Source: Candidatus Saccharimonadota bacterium (GTDB lineage: Bacteria > Patescibacteriota > Saccharimonadia > Saccharimonadales > HK-STAS-PATE-42). Taken from it: a stretch of 64,000 nucleotides of DNA. The notes under the pieces were generated by a model, which saw nothing but the letters and a program-made list of their open reading frames with translations, was not told the origin of the DNA and did no database searches. The DNA lies in contig DAISWL010000002.1 of assembly GCA_036826375.1 (NCBI GenBank), positions 37,157 to 101,156 on the forward strand, read 5' to 3'. A program made the position numbers and the translations under genes. Below, in pieces: positions 50,057 through 59,829 of the stretch. Numbering within the stretch: position 1 is the stretch's first letter; each line of letters starts with the position of its first letter.

Positions 50057-51310
50057 ATGTATAAATCAAATTTAATTAGAGATCTACTAGAGGCAAAAGA
50101 GCCTTATTTCAGCCTTTCGGTGAGAGAGCTCGAACATGTCACGGGCAATCAGTTTGCTTTTAAGGAGCTTAGTGTTTATATCCGACGAGAGTTTGAATCT
50201 AAACTTAAGGAGTTGATGCTTGATGCTAGCGCTACTGATGATGAGATATACCTATCGTTATTGAAGAGAGTTAAAAATGATAACACTCGCCTTGCTAAAA
50301 TATTAGGTATTAATAATCCTAACTCTCCGCTGGAGGTAGAAGATAACGTCCTGCACATAGTTAATAATCTTACCATTAATAAAGAAGCGTGGGTTATTAA
50401 TGAAAATACAGCTAGAAACATGTTACTGGCCATGCCGCCCCAGAAAGCTGCCAACCTTTTAAAATATAAAACGGCCAAAGAGATGGTAGAAAATCATGAT
50501 ATATATGAACTATTCGGCTTAATAAGGTTTTCTGAAGGACCGGAGTGGCTTAACAGATTTAATGCTCAATATTCTAAGTTAGAATTTACAGATTTTGAAC
50601 GACGACAGATCCAGTTCAAACAGTTACCACAAATATTAGCTCCAGCGGCTAAAGATTTTGTCTTAAAAAAGAAGCATAACCTAACCCACTCAAAAGAGAT
50701 GGGCGTAGTTTATTTTTTGCCAGTTGAAGATAATATTCCGGGAGCGTTGCTCAGAATAATGCCCCTCAGCTTTCATTATATTAACGAGATTAGAATGTAT
50801 AGCTCCTACTTTAAACTTAATAAAAAGAAACCGGATTTCGGCAAACGCGTAGTACTAGCGCTCACAGCGGAACCAGAGATACTTAAGCTTAGTGATTTAG
50901 GCCTTAAATGGGGGGTCATCCAACGTTATTTCGGTAAACTTAAGAATGAAGAACACCCCGAAGAATTTCTACCTCATTTACAGCCCGAAGATCTACACTG
51001 GCGCAAGGCTGAAGAAATAATCTACCAATTAGATCCCGAATTCAAATTCTGGCAGGATATGGATTGGATAGCTAGATTAAGCCACGATAATAATCCTCTC
51101 ACTATGAACTTCATGGATGTATCTCTAAGCTTTAGCAATAAACTTAAGTTTAAGGATAGATTATTTTATCATTTTAGAGAAAGTTTATGGGATCAGCTCA
51201 TGATCGGTTTCGTGGGAGAACCTGAAGTTGAAAACTTAATAATAGCTCATCTAGATAATAGCTCGATAAATATATCGAGCCAAAATTTAATAAATAAAAA
51301 GGAGGAATAA
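50057..51310 (+). CDS. hypothetical protein (417 aa), no recognisable domain
   Basis: Long intact ORF, first gene of a tightly spaced same-strand cluster (4-nt gap to the next gene). No motif recognised. Confidence 0.5.
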   Translation: MYKSNLIRDLLEAKEPYFSLSVRELEHVTGNQFAFKELSVYIRREFESKLKELMLDASATDDEIYLSLLKRVKNDNTRLAKILGINNPNSPLEVEDNVLHIVNNLTINKEAWVINENTARNMLLAMPPQKAANLLKYKTAKEMVENHDIYELFGLIRFSEGPEWLNRFNAQYSKLEFTDFERRQIQFKQLPQILAPAAKDFVLKKKHNLTHSKEMGVVYFLPVEDNIPGALLRIMPLSFHYINEIRMYSSYFKLNKKKPDFGKRVVLALTAEPEILKLSDLGLKWGVIQRYFGKLKNEEHPEEFLPHLQPEDLHWRKAEEIIYQLDPEFKFWQDMDWIARLSHDNNPLTMNFMDVSLSFSNKLKFKDRLFYHFRESLWDQLMIGFVGEPEVENLIIAHLDNSSINISSQNLINKKEE

Positions 51311-51314
51311 ATTC

Positions 51315-51896
51315 ATGCAAAAGGGATATACAATTTGCGTCAGTGGAGCTGCCAAGGGGTCTACTATAGATAAAGATTATTTAATAGCTTTTGATATAGG
51401 CAAGAAGATTGCCCAGAAAGGTCACACTATGATCAGTGGGGCGACTTCGGGTCTACCAGATTGGGCCGCGCAAGGAGCTAAAAGCTCAGGGGGCATGAGC
51501 ATAGGAATTAGCCCGGCTGCCAGCCGATTAGAACATATCGAAAAATATCGCCTGCCCACAGAATCGTACGACTTCATTATGTTTAGCGGTATGCACTATA
51601 TGGGCAGGGATACTCTATTGATCCAAAGCTCTGACGCCGTGATATCCATCGGCGGACGTATGGGAACAATTCATGAGTTTGCAACCGCCTTTGAAGCCCA
51701 TAAGCCCGTTGGAGTGGTTATGGAGGGTGGTGGTACCGGAGAGCAGATTGAATCTTTAATGAAGGCGGCCGGAGTCTGCCATAACGGAACCTGCAACGGA
51801 GCACACGACGTCATCTTTGGCTCAGATATCGATAAGTTGATTGATGATCTGGTAAAAATTTTAGATGAGAAATATAAAAATAACCAACCGTCCTAA
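51315..51896 (+). CDS. LOG family / TIGR00725-like Rossmann-fold nucleotide-binding protein (putative nucleotide 5'-monophosphate nucleosidase)
   Basis: 193 aa; GGRMGTIHE matches the LOG PGGxGTxxE motif; N-terminal glycine-rich VSGAAKG/ISGATSG; AGGAGG RBS upstream. Confidence 0.6.
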   Translation: MQKGYTICVSGAAKGSTIDKDYLIAFDIGKKIAQKGHTMISGATSGLPDWAAQGAKSSGGMSIGISPAASRLEHIEKYRLPTESYDFIMFSGMHYMGRDTLLIQSSDAVISIGGRMGTIHEFATAFEAHKPVGVVMEGGGTGEQIESLMKAAGVCHNGTCNGAHDVIFGSDIDKLIDDLVKILDEKYKNNQPS

Positions 51897-51915
51897 GCCC
51901 TAAAGGAGAATAATA

Positions 51916-52908
51916 ATGGCCATAGTAAAACCACGACGTCAAACATCGTTCACCATAATAGGCACGGCCACGCTTGATAGTTTTTTGTTTAGCGAGGCTT
52001 TCAAGCCCAAATGCGATGAGAAGGCTTGTTACGAACATTTAATTTTAGGGAAAAAATATGATCTTGATGAGATGATTCAAGTTACCGGTGGTAACTGCAC
52101 TAATGTTGCCATAACACTGAGTAGATTCGGAATCAACAATGTAGATATCGTATGCGCTCTTGGTGACGATCCCGCCGGCAGAGCGGTGGCATCAGAACTT
52201 ATATCTGAAGGGATTGACGTTAGCCACATAATACGAAATCAGAATTTCACCACTAGCCAGTCCACTATACTGGTGGCCCCGGGAGGAGAACGAACAATAT
52301 TGAATTATCGTGGAACCGACATTAAAACCCTCCAGAATGAACTAGATATAAATAGAATCAACTCTGACTGGATTTATTTAAGTGGCGTTAACAGCCCTAA
52401 AATTATATTAAGCTTAATGTTGCATACTCGTGATAATAATATTAAGCTGGCATTCAACCCTAGCAGTTGGGAAACCGCCAATACTCCACAAATAAAGAGA
52501 TTTCTTGGCAATATCGAAATGCTGTTTTTAAATAAAGAAGAGGCTATGGAGTTTTTCGATACTCATGAAAACAATATTACAAAGCTATTAAGAATCGGAG
52601 CCAAAAAAGGAATTAAGTATTTCATCATCACCGATGGGCCGAATGGGAGTGCTTTAATACACGATAACAAAATTTATCAATGCGGCCTGTATGAAGATGT
52701 AGAAGTTATTGAACGCACCGGTGCTGGAGATGCCTTCGCTAGCGGCTTTTTAAGTGTAGTGGCAACTGGCGGAACAATTGAAGAGGCACTCACTTACGGC
52801 TCAGCTAATTCCACAAACGTGGTTCAATATGTTGGCGGCAAACAAGGGATTTTAAAATCACCAATTAAGCTTAATGAAATGCCGATAAAAATAGAACTGG
52901 TTTCTTGA
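51916..52908 (+). CDS. PfkB-family carbohydrate/nucleoside kinase (ribokinase-like)
   Basis: 330 aa; N-terminal GG motif (TGGNCTNVA), NxxE (LNKEEA) and C-terminal TGAGDAF anion-hole motif. Confidence 0.8.
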   Translation: MAIVKPRRQTSFTIIGTATLDSFLFSEAFKPKCDEKACYEHLILGKKYDLDEMIQVTGGNCTNVAITLSRFGINNVDIVCALGDDPAGRAVASELISEGIDVSHIIRNQNFTTSQSTILVAPGGERTILNYRGTDIKTLQNELDINRINSDWIYLSGVNSPKIILSLMLHTRDNNIKLAFNPSSWETANTPQIKRFLGNIEMLFLNKEEAMEFFDTHENNITKLLRIGAKKGIKYFIITDGPNGSALIHDNKIYQCGLYEDVEVIERTGAGDAFASGFLSVVATGGTIEEALTYGSANSTNVVQYVGGKQGILKSPIKLNEMPIKIELVS

Positions 52909-52939
52909 AAATCTGAGAAAAGGCTATAATGGCTATTAA

Positions 52940-54127
52940 ATGATGGAAGATAATTTAAAAGCCAAAGCTGAGCTAAACTTAAAGCTGTTGATGTGGATAA
53001 AAATCTTAGTTAATACTATATTCTGGCTAGGGCTATGGGTTCTTTACTATTTAAAGTTTACGGACTATGCAGGCATAGGTTTGATTGAAAGCACAGGCTT
53101 TATCTTAGGGCTTATGCTAGAAGTACCAGCAGGTGCATTATCAGATAGGTTTGGTCATAAAAATAACTTGGCTATATTCACGGTTCTAAATTTGGTAGGG
53201 CTGGTCTGCTTTTCTATTGCTAGTAGTGTGCTATCTTTACTATTATCAGTAATAATTTGGCGCGGGGCATATTCTTTTTATTCAGGTAGTTTTGAGGCAC
53301 TTCTTCACGAAAGCCTTATTAAGTTAGAAAAAGGCTCACAATATCAAAAGTTTGTATCCAGAATTCACGGTTTAGCCTTAACCACAATGGCATTTAGTGC
53401 ACTAATCGGTGGGTTGCTTTGGAAATATAATTTTAGATTGATCTTTTGGACGGCTATCCCTTTCGCTATTATAGCGGTTGTGCTTTCCTTTAAACTTACT
53501 AACTTTCAAGAAGAAAATACTAAGGGCGAAAGCCTGATTGCATCTTTAAAAGATGGTTCAAAATACATATTTAAGCCAAACTTAAGAGTAGTACTAATTT
53601 CCCTTTTTGGAGTAATCATTTTGCGAGATCTTTTTGAGCAAATATTCGACGCCTCTTTAAGAGTTTCTGCCGGCATGAGTACTATTCAATTAAGCTTAGT
53701 CAGCTTCACCTCAGTTTTACTGCCGGCTTTAGCAGCGCTTCAATATTCAAAAATGAAGAATACCCATAAAAACGTAGATAGAAACATAAAGGTGTTAAGC
53801 TTAAGTTCGCTGGCTCTTTCTTTACCAGCATTTTTTGTTAATAAAATTATGACCGCCTCATCTGTTACCCTGAGAGCTGTTCCAGGGTTATTGCTCAACA
53901 ACACTAATATTGAAAAAATTAACAAAGAGGTGCCATCCAGGCACCGTTCCACGGCTATATCTAGTTACGCTTTTATTACGGCCCTGCCTTATGCGATTTT
54001 AGCTCTGCCAATTGGTAAGGGTATAGATAAATTCGGAGCCAATAAAGTTGCTTTTGGCTTAACCCTGGTTTCAATAGCAGTTTACTTAAGCTTAACAGTG
54101 GTTTTTAGATTTAAAAGAAAGGGTTAG
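52940..54127 (+). CDS. MFS transporter
   Basis: 395 aa polytopic; loop motif GALSDRFGHKN. Confidence 0.7.
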   Translation: MMEDNLKAKAELNLKLLMWIKILVNTIFWLGLWVLYYLKFTDYAGIGLIESTGFILGLMLEVPAGALSDRFGHKNNLAIFTVLNLVGLVCFSIASSVLSLLLSVIIWRGAYSFYSGSFEALLHESLIKLEKGSQYQKFVSRIHGLALTTMAFSALIGGLLWKYNFRLIFWTAIPFAIIAVVLSFKLTNFQEENTKGESLIASLKDGSKYIFKPNLRVVLISLFGVIILRDLFEQIFDASLRVSAGMSTIQLSLVSFTSVLLPALAALQYSKMKNTHKNVDRNIKVLSLSSLALSLPAFFVNKIMTASSVTLRAVPGLLLNNTNIEKINKEVPSRHRSTAISSYAFITALPYAILALPIGKGIDKFGANKVAFGLTLVSIAVYLSLTVVFRFKRKG

Positions 54128-54206
54128 GCTGGCTGAAAAATCCCAAGGTAATAGTTATTATTCTAATTACAAGATTTTATTGGCTATTGGTTCTGCCTCG
54201 GCAGAG

Positions 54207-55409
54207 TTACTCAGTAACCCTTAGATGAACATCCTTCTTTCTGGTTGATAGATAAAGCAAAATAGAACCAAAAACTAATAGTGCCCAGGCTATAAAAAAG
54301 TACTCCATCTTATTATTAGCGCTGAGGTAACCGATAATTGGAGCTAAAAAAACATACGGAAGCGCCTTAAAAAATGAAGCAACCGATAGCACTGTCGCCC
54401 TCTGTTCCGCCGGTGCCTGATTATTCAGTACTTCGCTTAGAAACGGCTGTAGTGTATGTTCGCCTGCATGTAGAAAAAGAATAACTATATATCCCCACCA
54501 CCCTATGTTTGCAAGTGAAAGCAATAAGCTAGAACCGGCAAGTAGGCCTATTATAGTTAGTACCTTCTTTTCACTTAAGCTATCAGCGTTCTTGTGCATA
54601 TAGCCCAAAAAGCCGGCAGTTATTAAGCTACTCGTCGCTATTACAATAGAACCCGATAATGGACTAAAGTGAAATCTATCTAGCAAAATTAGCCTTAGCA
54701 GCCCATAGCCTGTTGCGTAAAAAAGCCCTTGAACCGTCAATATAAACGGTAGATATAGCCAGAGTTTTGGTAGGCGAAACTGAGCAAAGCCAGTTCTTAT
54801 ATCAAGCAAATAATCTCTAATTTCCGGCATAAAGCCTTTACGTGCTTTCTGAGGCCTGTCATCTTTGACCGTCCAAATCAAAGAGGCGGAAGCTATAAAA
54901 GCAAGGCCATTTAATATCCAAGGAAGCCTGGGTTCAATATTATGTAAAAATCCGCCAGATACTGTCGCTAAGAATGACCCAATAAGTCCGATCTGTGAAG
55001 CGCGAGTTACTAACTTGCGCCAATTAGTAGATTTTTTATCAAATTTTAATCTCTCAAAAAATAAGGCCTCGTCGGCTCCGGATACAAATGATAATCCTAT
55101 CGTCAGTATCGCCTGCCCTATAAAGAATTGAGCGAAACTACTTCCAAAAGCTTGTATTAGTAACCCACATCCGGCTAGTATTTGACCAATTCGAACAATC
55201 TTATCTCGACCAAACTTATCTGCTAAGGCCCCGGAAGGCACTTCTGCTACTAGCCCTATCGCAAACGCCATGCCATCAAGAAATCCTACCTGCTGATCTG
55301 TAATAAATATACGATAAAAGTACAACCAGATAGCACCAACAAACCACATACTTGTGAGTGTCCTATAAATTACATATCGCCTAGAAAGCCTACTCTGTTC
55401 TTTTGTCAT
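54207..55409 (-). CDS. MFS transporter
   Basis: 400 aa polytopic; loop motif GALADKFGRDK. Confidence 0.7.
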   Translation of the reverse strand: MTKEQSRLSRRYVIYRTLTSMWFVGAIWLYFYRIFITDQQVGFLDGMAFAIGLVAEVPSGALADKFGRDKIVRIGQILAGCGLLIQAFGSSFAQFFIGQAILTIGLSFVSGADEALFFERLKFDKKSTNWRKLVTRASQIGLIGSFLATVSGGFLHNIEPRLPWILNGLAFIASASLIWTVKDDRPQKARKGFMPEIRDYLLDIRTGFAQFRLPKLWLYLPFILTVQGLFYATGYGLLRLILLDRFHFSPLSGSIVIATSSLITAGFLGYMHKNADSLSEKKVLTIIGLLAGSSLLLSLANIGWWGYIVILFLHAGEHTLQPFLSEVLNNQAPAEQRATVLSVASFFKALPYVFLAPIIGYLSANNKMEYFFIAWALLVFGSILLYLSTRKKDVHLRVTE

Positions 55410-55576
55410 ATCTAAAGTAATTATACTCTACTTACCCACAATAATATTTTGATTCTTGTATGTTCCATCTCGATTAGTGAAAATAAAGATATGTTTAAAA
55501 GAGCTTAGACCGAGTAGTCGTAAAAATAAAGAAAATCTTTCTAGATCCTATTGCTGAGCTTAATCTAATTTTAGTG

Positions 55577-55605
55577 TTTACAAAACTTAATTTTTCAGTT
55601 AAACT
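55577..55605 (+). promoter_or_regulatory. candidate sigma70 promoter for the infA-rpmJ-rpsM... operon (TTTACA, 17-bp spacer, TAAACT)
   Basis: Seen directly, ~20 nt upstream of infA. Confidence 0.35.
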
Positions 55606-55623
55606 AGTTAGTTAGTAGTATAT

Positions 55624-55842
55624 ATGCCAAAAGTTAAGGATGTAATCCAGTTGAATGGAGTTGTTATTGAGTCGCTTCCAGGCACTCAATTTAAACTTGA
55701 ACTGGAAAATGGTCACTCCATCCAAGCACACATGGCAGGAAAAATGAGAAAAAACTATATCAAGCTTGTACCTGGGGATAAGGTAGTTGTCGAACTTACA
55801 CCTTATGATCTCAGTAAGGGCAGAATAGTTTTTAGAAAATAG
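55624..55842 (+). CDS. infA: translation initiation factor IF-1
   Basis: 72 aa; S1-like fold sequence [58 protein letters not shown]. Confidence 0.9.
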   Translation: MPKVKDVIQLNGVVIESLPGTQFKLELENGHSIQAHMAGKMRKNYIKLVPGDKVVVELTPYDLSKGRIVFRK

Positions 55843-55853
55843 GGAGAAGCAGC

Positions 55854-55967
55854 ATGAAGGTAAGGCCAAGTATCAAAAAAATATGCGATAAATGCAAAAT
55901 TATCCGTCGTAAAAAGAGAGCGGCAGTTATTTGCGATAAACCAAAGCACAAACAAAGACAAGGTTAA
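55854..55967 (+). CDS. rpmJ: 50S ribosomal protein L36
   Basis: Below the ORF-track cutoff. Translated by hand: [37 protein letters not shown] (37 aa; C-x2-C...C-x4-H-type zinc ribbon). Confidence 0.85.
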   Translation: MKVRPSIKKICDKCKIIRRKKRAAVICDKPKHKQRQG

Positions 55968-56009
55968 TATTTAAATAAAGTTTAATTTAGGAGATCCCGA
56001 GGTAAATTT

Positions 56010-56396
56010 ATGGCAAGAATTTCAGGTGTTAGCATCCCAGAGGACAAACAAGTTCAAGTAAGCTTAACTTATGTTTATGGTATTGGAGGTAAAACTGCTT
56101 TAGATGTTCTCTCTAAGGCGGGAGTAGAGCCTACAGCTAGGGTTAAAGACCTAACTGAGTCTCAACTAACTAAGATTCGTGAGATCGTTGACGGTCAATA
56201 CATAGTTGAAGGCGATCTGCACAGAGTTGTGGCCAATAATATAAAAAGGCTGAAGGACATTGGCAGCTATCGTGGCTTGAGGCATAAAAATAACCTACCC
56301 TCCAGAGGTCAAAGAACTCGAACGAATGCTAGAACCAAACGGGGCAGAAAAGTAGCAGTCGGAGGAACCCAGAAGAAGGCAGCAAGTAAAACTTAA
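56010..56396 (+). CDS. rpsM: 30S ribosomal protein S13
   Basis: 128 aa; MARISGVSIPEDKQVQVSLTYVYGIG. Confidence 0.95.
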   Translation: MARISGVSIPEDKQVQVSLTYVYGIGGKTALDVLSKAGVEPTARVKDLTESQLTKIREIVDGQYIVEGDLHRVVANNIKRLKDIGSYRGLRHKNNLPSRGQRTRTNARTKRGRKVAVGGTQKKAASKT

Positions 56397-56450
56397 AAAA
56401 TAGATTATTAACTTATTATTCTAGAGTAATTTAAAATTAGAGGAGAATAA

Positions 56451-56846
56451 ATGGCAGCAACAACATCAACAAAAAAGAAGAAGAAGGCAAAGCGAAGTGT
56501 TAGCACTGGTCGCATGTGTATTAAAGCAACTTTCAACAATACCATCGTTACCATAACTGATATCACAGGGAACGTGCTAGCAGCATCAAGCTCTGGAGCA
56601 TGTGGCTTTAGGGGGTCAAAGAAAGGTACAGCTTACGCCGCTCAGGTTGCTGCGGAAAAAGCCTTAAACTTAGCTAAAACTGGATATGGGTTAAACGCTG
56701 TTGACGTGTTTGTGAATGGTGTTGGGCAAGGTAGAGATACAGCCATCAGATCTGCTGCCACATCCGACATTCAAGTTAGTTCGATAAATGATACCACTGC
56801 TATCCCCTTTGGCGGATGCAGACCTAAGAAAGCAAAGAAAGGTTAA
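56451..56846 (+). CDS. rpsK: 30S ribosomal protein S11
   Basis: 131 aa; SGACGFRGSKKGTAYAAQVAAE. Confidence 0.95.
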   Translation: MAATTSTKKKKKAKRSVSTGRMCIKATFNNTIVTITDITGNVLAASSSGACGFRGSKKGTAYAAQVAAEKALNLAKTGYGLNAVDVFVNGVGQGRDTAIRSAATSDIQVSSINDTTAIPFGGCRPKKAKKG

Positions 56847-56851
56847 GTTTA

Positions 56852-57469
56852 ATGGCAAGAGATAGAGCACCAATAGGTAAACAAAGTAGAAGAGAAGGAT
56901 ATGCGCTCCACCCTAAGGCGCATAAGATTTTGGCAAAAAGGCCAAATATACCCGGCCAACATGGGCCAAAGAGAAGATCAAAGCCAAGCCAATATTCGAT
57001 TCAGCTTAGAGAAAAACAGAAAATACGTCGTCTTTATGGCCTACTAGAAAAACAGTTCTCTAATCTAGTTAGGGAAGCCGACAGAACTGTCGGCCAAACA
57101 GGAAATACTGTTTTAGAGTATCTTGAAAGAAGAATTGATAATGTAGTCTATCGCTCAGGATTTGCAGCTAGTAGAAGAGCCGCTCGTCAGCTTGTTAGCC
57201 ACGGCCATTTCATACTAAATGGTAGACGGGTTGATATACCTTCTATCAGACTTAAAGCTGGTGATGAAATTACTGTAAGACCCAAGAGTGCTAACAATGC
57301 CTATATGAATAACTTAGAGGATTTAACCGGAGGATTGGGAAAGTCTAATTACAGTTGGTTCAGTGTCGACAGCAAAAAGCAAACCATCAAAATAAATGCC
57401 CTTCCAACCAGAGAAGACGCGGAGCAAGACCTCAACGAACAGTTGGTAGTTGAATACTATTCAAGATAG
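56852..57469 (+). CDS. rpsD: 30S ribosomal protein S4
   Basis: 205 aa; S4 N-terminus and S4 RNA-binding domain (RRIDNVVYRSGFA). Confidence 0.95.
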   Translation: MARDRAPIGKQSRREGYALHPKAHKILAKRPNIPGQHGPKRRSKPSQYSIQLREKQKIRRLYGLLEKQFSNLVREADRTVGQTGNTVLEYLERRIDNVVYRSGFAASRRAARQLVSHGHFILNGRRVDIPSIRLKAGDEITVRPKSANNAYMNNLEDLTGGLGKSNYSWFSVDSKKQTIKINALPTREDAEQDLNEQLVVEYYSR

Positions 57470-57528
57470 TTCGAATAAATAGATTTTTAGAGAAATAAAA
57501 TTCACTTATTAAGAAGGAGAATCGAAAT

Positions 57529-58470
57529 ATGAGCAGTAACAAGGTAATTAATAATCCAACCCTATCATCAGTAATGGATAACTCTAAAAATAGTGCTACC
57601 TTTATCGTAGAGCCGCTTAGAGGCGGGTACGGTATGACACTCGGGAATAGTTTAAGGAGAGTTTTATTATCATCGATCCAGGGTGCCGCCATTGTAGCCT
57701 TTAGAGTTGATGGTGTTGGCCACGAGTTCACTACTATACAAGGAGTAAGGGAAGATGTTGTAGATATAAGCCTTAATGTTAAGCAAATTAGGCTTAAAAC
57801 ATTTACAGAGAAGCCCCAAACCCTAAGATTAAGCAAAAAGGGCGGCGGAGTAGTTACTGCGGGAGACATCGCCAAGAATGCAGATGTCGAGGTTGTCAAT
57901 CCAGAACAAATTGTTGCAATAATCGATGACGCTAAGGCCAGTATAGATATGGAGCTTTTAGTAGAGCCTGGGATTGGTTATCAAACCACCGATGATCGCG
58001 ATAATTCAGATCTACCCGCTGGCTTCATAGCAGTTGATAGTTTGTATAGCCCTGTCACTAGGGTTAGGTACAAGGTTGAATCTACTCGTGTAGGTAGGGA
58101 TACTGATTACGATAAATTAAGTTTAACTATTGATACCGATGGGTCTATTTCTCCACGCGATGCGTTTGAGCAGGCTGCAGCAATTTTAACTAATCAATAC
58201 AAGGCTCTATCAGGGTCAACCGAGGTAGTAACCGTTGATATAACCGCCTCTTCTTCAGCTTCTGATAGCTCGGGCGAAGAAGATGCCCTCTCTCGCCCTA
58301 TCGAAGAATTAGGGTTAACAGCTAGAACTACTAACGCTCTAGTAAATAATGACATTATCACAATTAGTGATTTAGTATCCCTGAGCGAATCCGATTTGAG
58401 AGACCTCAAAGGCTTTGGATCAAAGGCTCTTGATGAAGTTGTAGAAAAATTATCAGAGATGGAGTTTTAA
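57529..58470 (+). CDS. rpoA: DNA-directed RNA polymerase alpha subunit
   Basis: 313 aa; N-terminal dimerisation domain (EPLRGGYGMTLGNSLRRVLLSS) and C-terminal alpha-CTD (LGLTARTTNALVNNDIITISDL). Confidence 0.95.
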   Translation: MSSNKVINNPTLSSVMDNSKNSATFIVEPLRGGYGMTLGNSLRRVLLSSIQGAAIVAFRVDGVGHEFTTIQGVREDVVDISLNVKQIRLKTFTEKPQTLRLSKKGGGVVTAGDIAKNADVEVVNPEQIVAIIDDAKASIDMELLVEPGIGYQTTDDRDNSDLPAGFIAVDSLYSPVTRVRYKVESTRVGRDTDYDKLSLTIDTDGSISPRDAFEQAAAILTNQYKALSGSTEVVTVDITASSSASDSSGEEDALSRPIEELGLTARTTNALVNNDIITISDLVSLSESDLRDLKGFGSKALDEVVEKLSEMEF

Positions 58471-58473
58471 GTT

Positions 58474-58932
58474 ATGCATAGACATGGATACAAGGGAAGA
58501 AAATTAGGGAGAGAAAGAGACCAACGTAGAGCTCTTATAAAAACTCTATCGTCTCAACTTATTGAACATTATTCAATTCGCACAACACTACCGAAGGCTA
58601 AAGAGCTCAGGCCTTATCTAGAGAAACTAATCACTAAGGCAAGGAATGGCAGTTTGGCGAATCGTAGATTAGTTATATCTAAAATATCTACTAAATCTTC
58701 GGCCAACCATCTATTCGATTTTATAGCCCCTAAACTTAAACGTGAGAGCGGTTATTTAAGAATAGAAAAAGATGGATTTAGGCGTGGCGATAATGCTCCA
58801 ATGGCTGTCATAGAATTTGTAGACAAAGAAGAATTCAAAGTAGAGCATAAGGATGCTGATTCTTCAGATACTAAAAAAACTGTAGCTAAAAAGCCAGCTT
58901 CAAAAAAAGATTCCAACAAGGAGGCTAAGTAA
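58474..58932 (+). CDS. rplQ: 50S ribosomal protein L17
   Basis: 152 aa; MHRHGYKGRKLGRERDQRRAL, with a Lys-rich C-terminal extension. Confidence 0.9.
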   Translation: MHRHGYKGRKLGRERDQRRALIKTLSSQLIEHYSIRTTLPKAKELRPYLEKLITKARNGSLANRRLVISKISTKSSANHLFDFIAPKLKRESGYLRIEKDGFRRGDNAPMAVIEFVDKEEFKVEHKDADSSDTKKTVAKKPASKKDSNKEAK

Positions 58933-59369
58933 TGAATAAAACTTATTCCGCTAAACCAACAGATGTCGCCCGCGAGTGGTTGATATTCGATGCAACAGAC
59001 GTGCCTATTGGGCGATTAGCGACAGAAGTGGCTAAAAGCTTAACCGGCAAAAATAAGCCAATGTTTACGGCTCATATTGATTGTGGCGATAATGTTATCA
59101 TTATTAACGCTGAAAAGATTGCCGCAACAGGTAACAAACTAGATGGCAAGAAGTACTACCATTACTCAGGTTTTCCTGGAGGCATAAAAGAGGCTAGCCT
59201 TAAGGATAAGATGGAAAAAGATCCAACCTTCGCAATTTCAAATGCTGTCAAAGGAATGTTGCCTAAGAATAAACTACAGAATGAAAGAATGAAGCGTTTA
59301 AGGGTTTTTGTTGGTGAAAATCATGACCATAGCGCTCAAAAACCAAGAAAGGTAGAGGTTAAAAGATAA
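58932..59369 (+). CDS. rplM: 50S ribosomal protein L13
   Basis: 145 aa; WLIFDATDVPIGRLATEVAKSLTGKNKPMFTAHIDCGDNVIIINAEKI. Confidence 0.9.
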   Translation: MNKTYSAKPTDVAREWLIFDATDVPIGRLATEVAKSLTGKNKPMFTAHIDCGDNVIIINAEKIAATGNKLDGKKYYHYSGFPGGIKEASLKDKMEKDPTFAISNAVKGMLPKNKLQNERMKRLRVFVGENHDHSAQKPRKVEVKR

Positions 59370-59773
59370 TGGCTAAATCAACTGAATATTTCTACGGCTT
59401 AGGTAGAAGGAAATCCGCCACAGCAACTGCTAGAATTTATAATGGCGGCAAAGGCGTTATTACTATTAATAAGAAGCCAGCTGCCGATTATCTTTGCGCT
59501 TCACCTAGCTTAATAAAAGAGATCACTCAGCCTTTTGAGGTTGTCAGCAAAGATGGTCAATTTGACGTTACCATTCTAGTGAAAGGCGGTGGATTAAGCG
59601 GGCAAGTAGATGCAATCAAGCTTGCTATTTCAAAAGCTCTTTCTGAATTAAGTGGTGATTATCGCTCTACTCTTAAAAAAGCAGGCCTTATGAAACGTGA
59701 TCCTCGTGAGAAGGAGCGCCAAAAGCCTGGTCTTAAACGAGCTCGCCGAGCCGAACAGTTTAGTAAGCGTTAG
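59369..59773 (+). CDS. rpsI: 30S ribosomal protein S9
   Basis: 134 aa; C-terminus KKAGLMKRDPREKERQKPGLKRARRAEQFSKR. Confidence 0.9.
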   Translation: MAKSTEYFYGLGRRKSATATARIYNGGKGVITINKKPAADYLCASPSLIKEITQPFEVVSKDGQFDVTILVKGGGLSGQVDAIKLAISKALSELSGDYRSTLKKAGLMKRDPREKERQKPGLKRARRAEQFSKR

Positions 59774-59829
59774 GAAAATAGCTATATAAATCGGGAAGAA
59801 GCAGAAGGAGTGCTGCTGGCCTATTAAGC

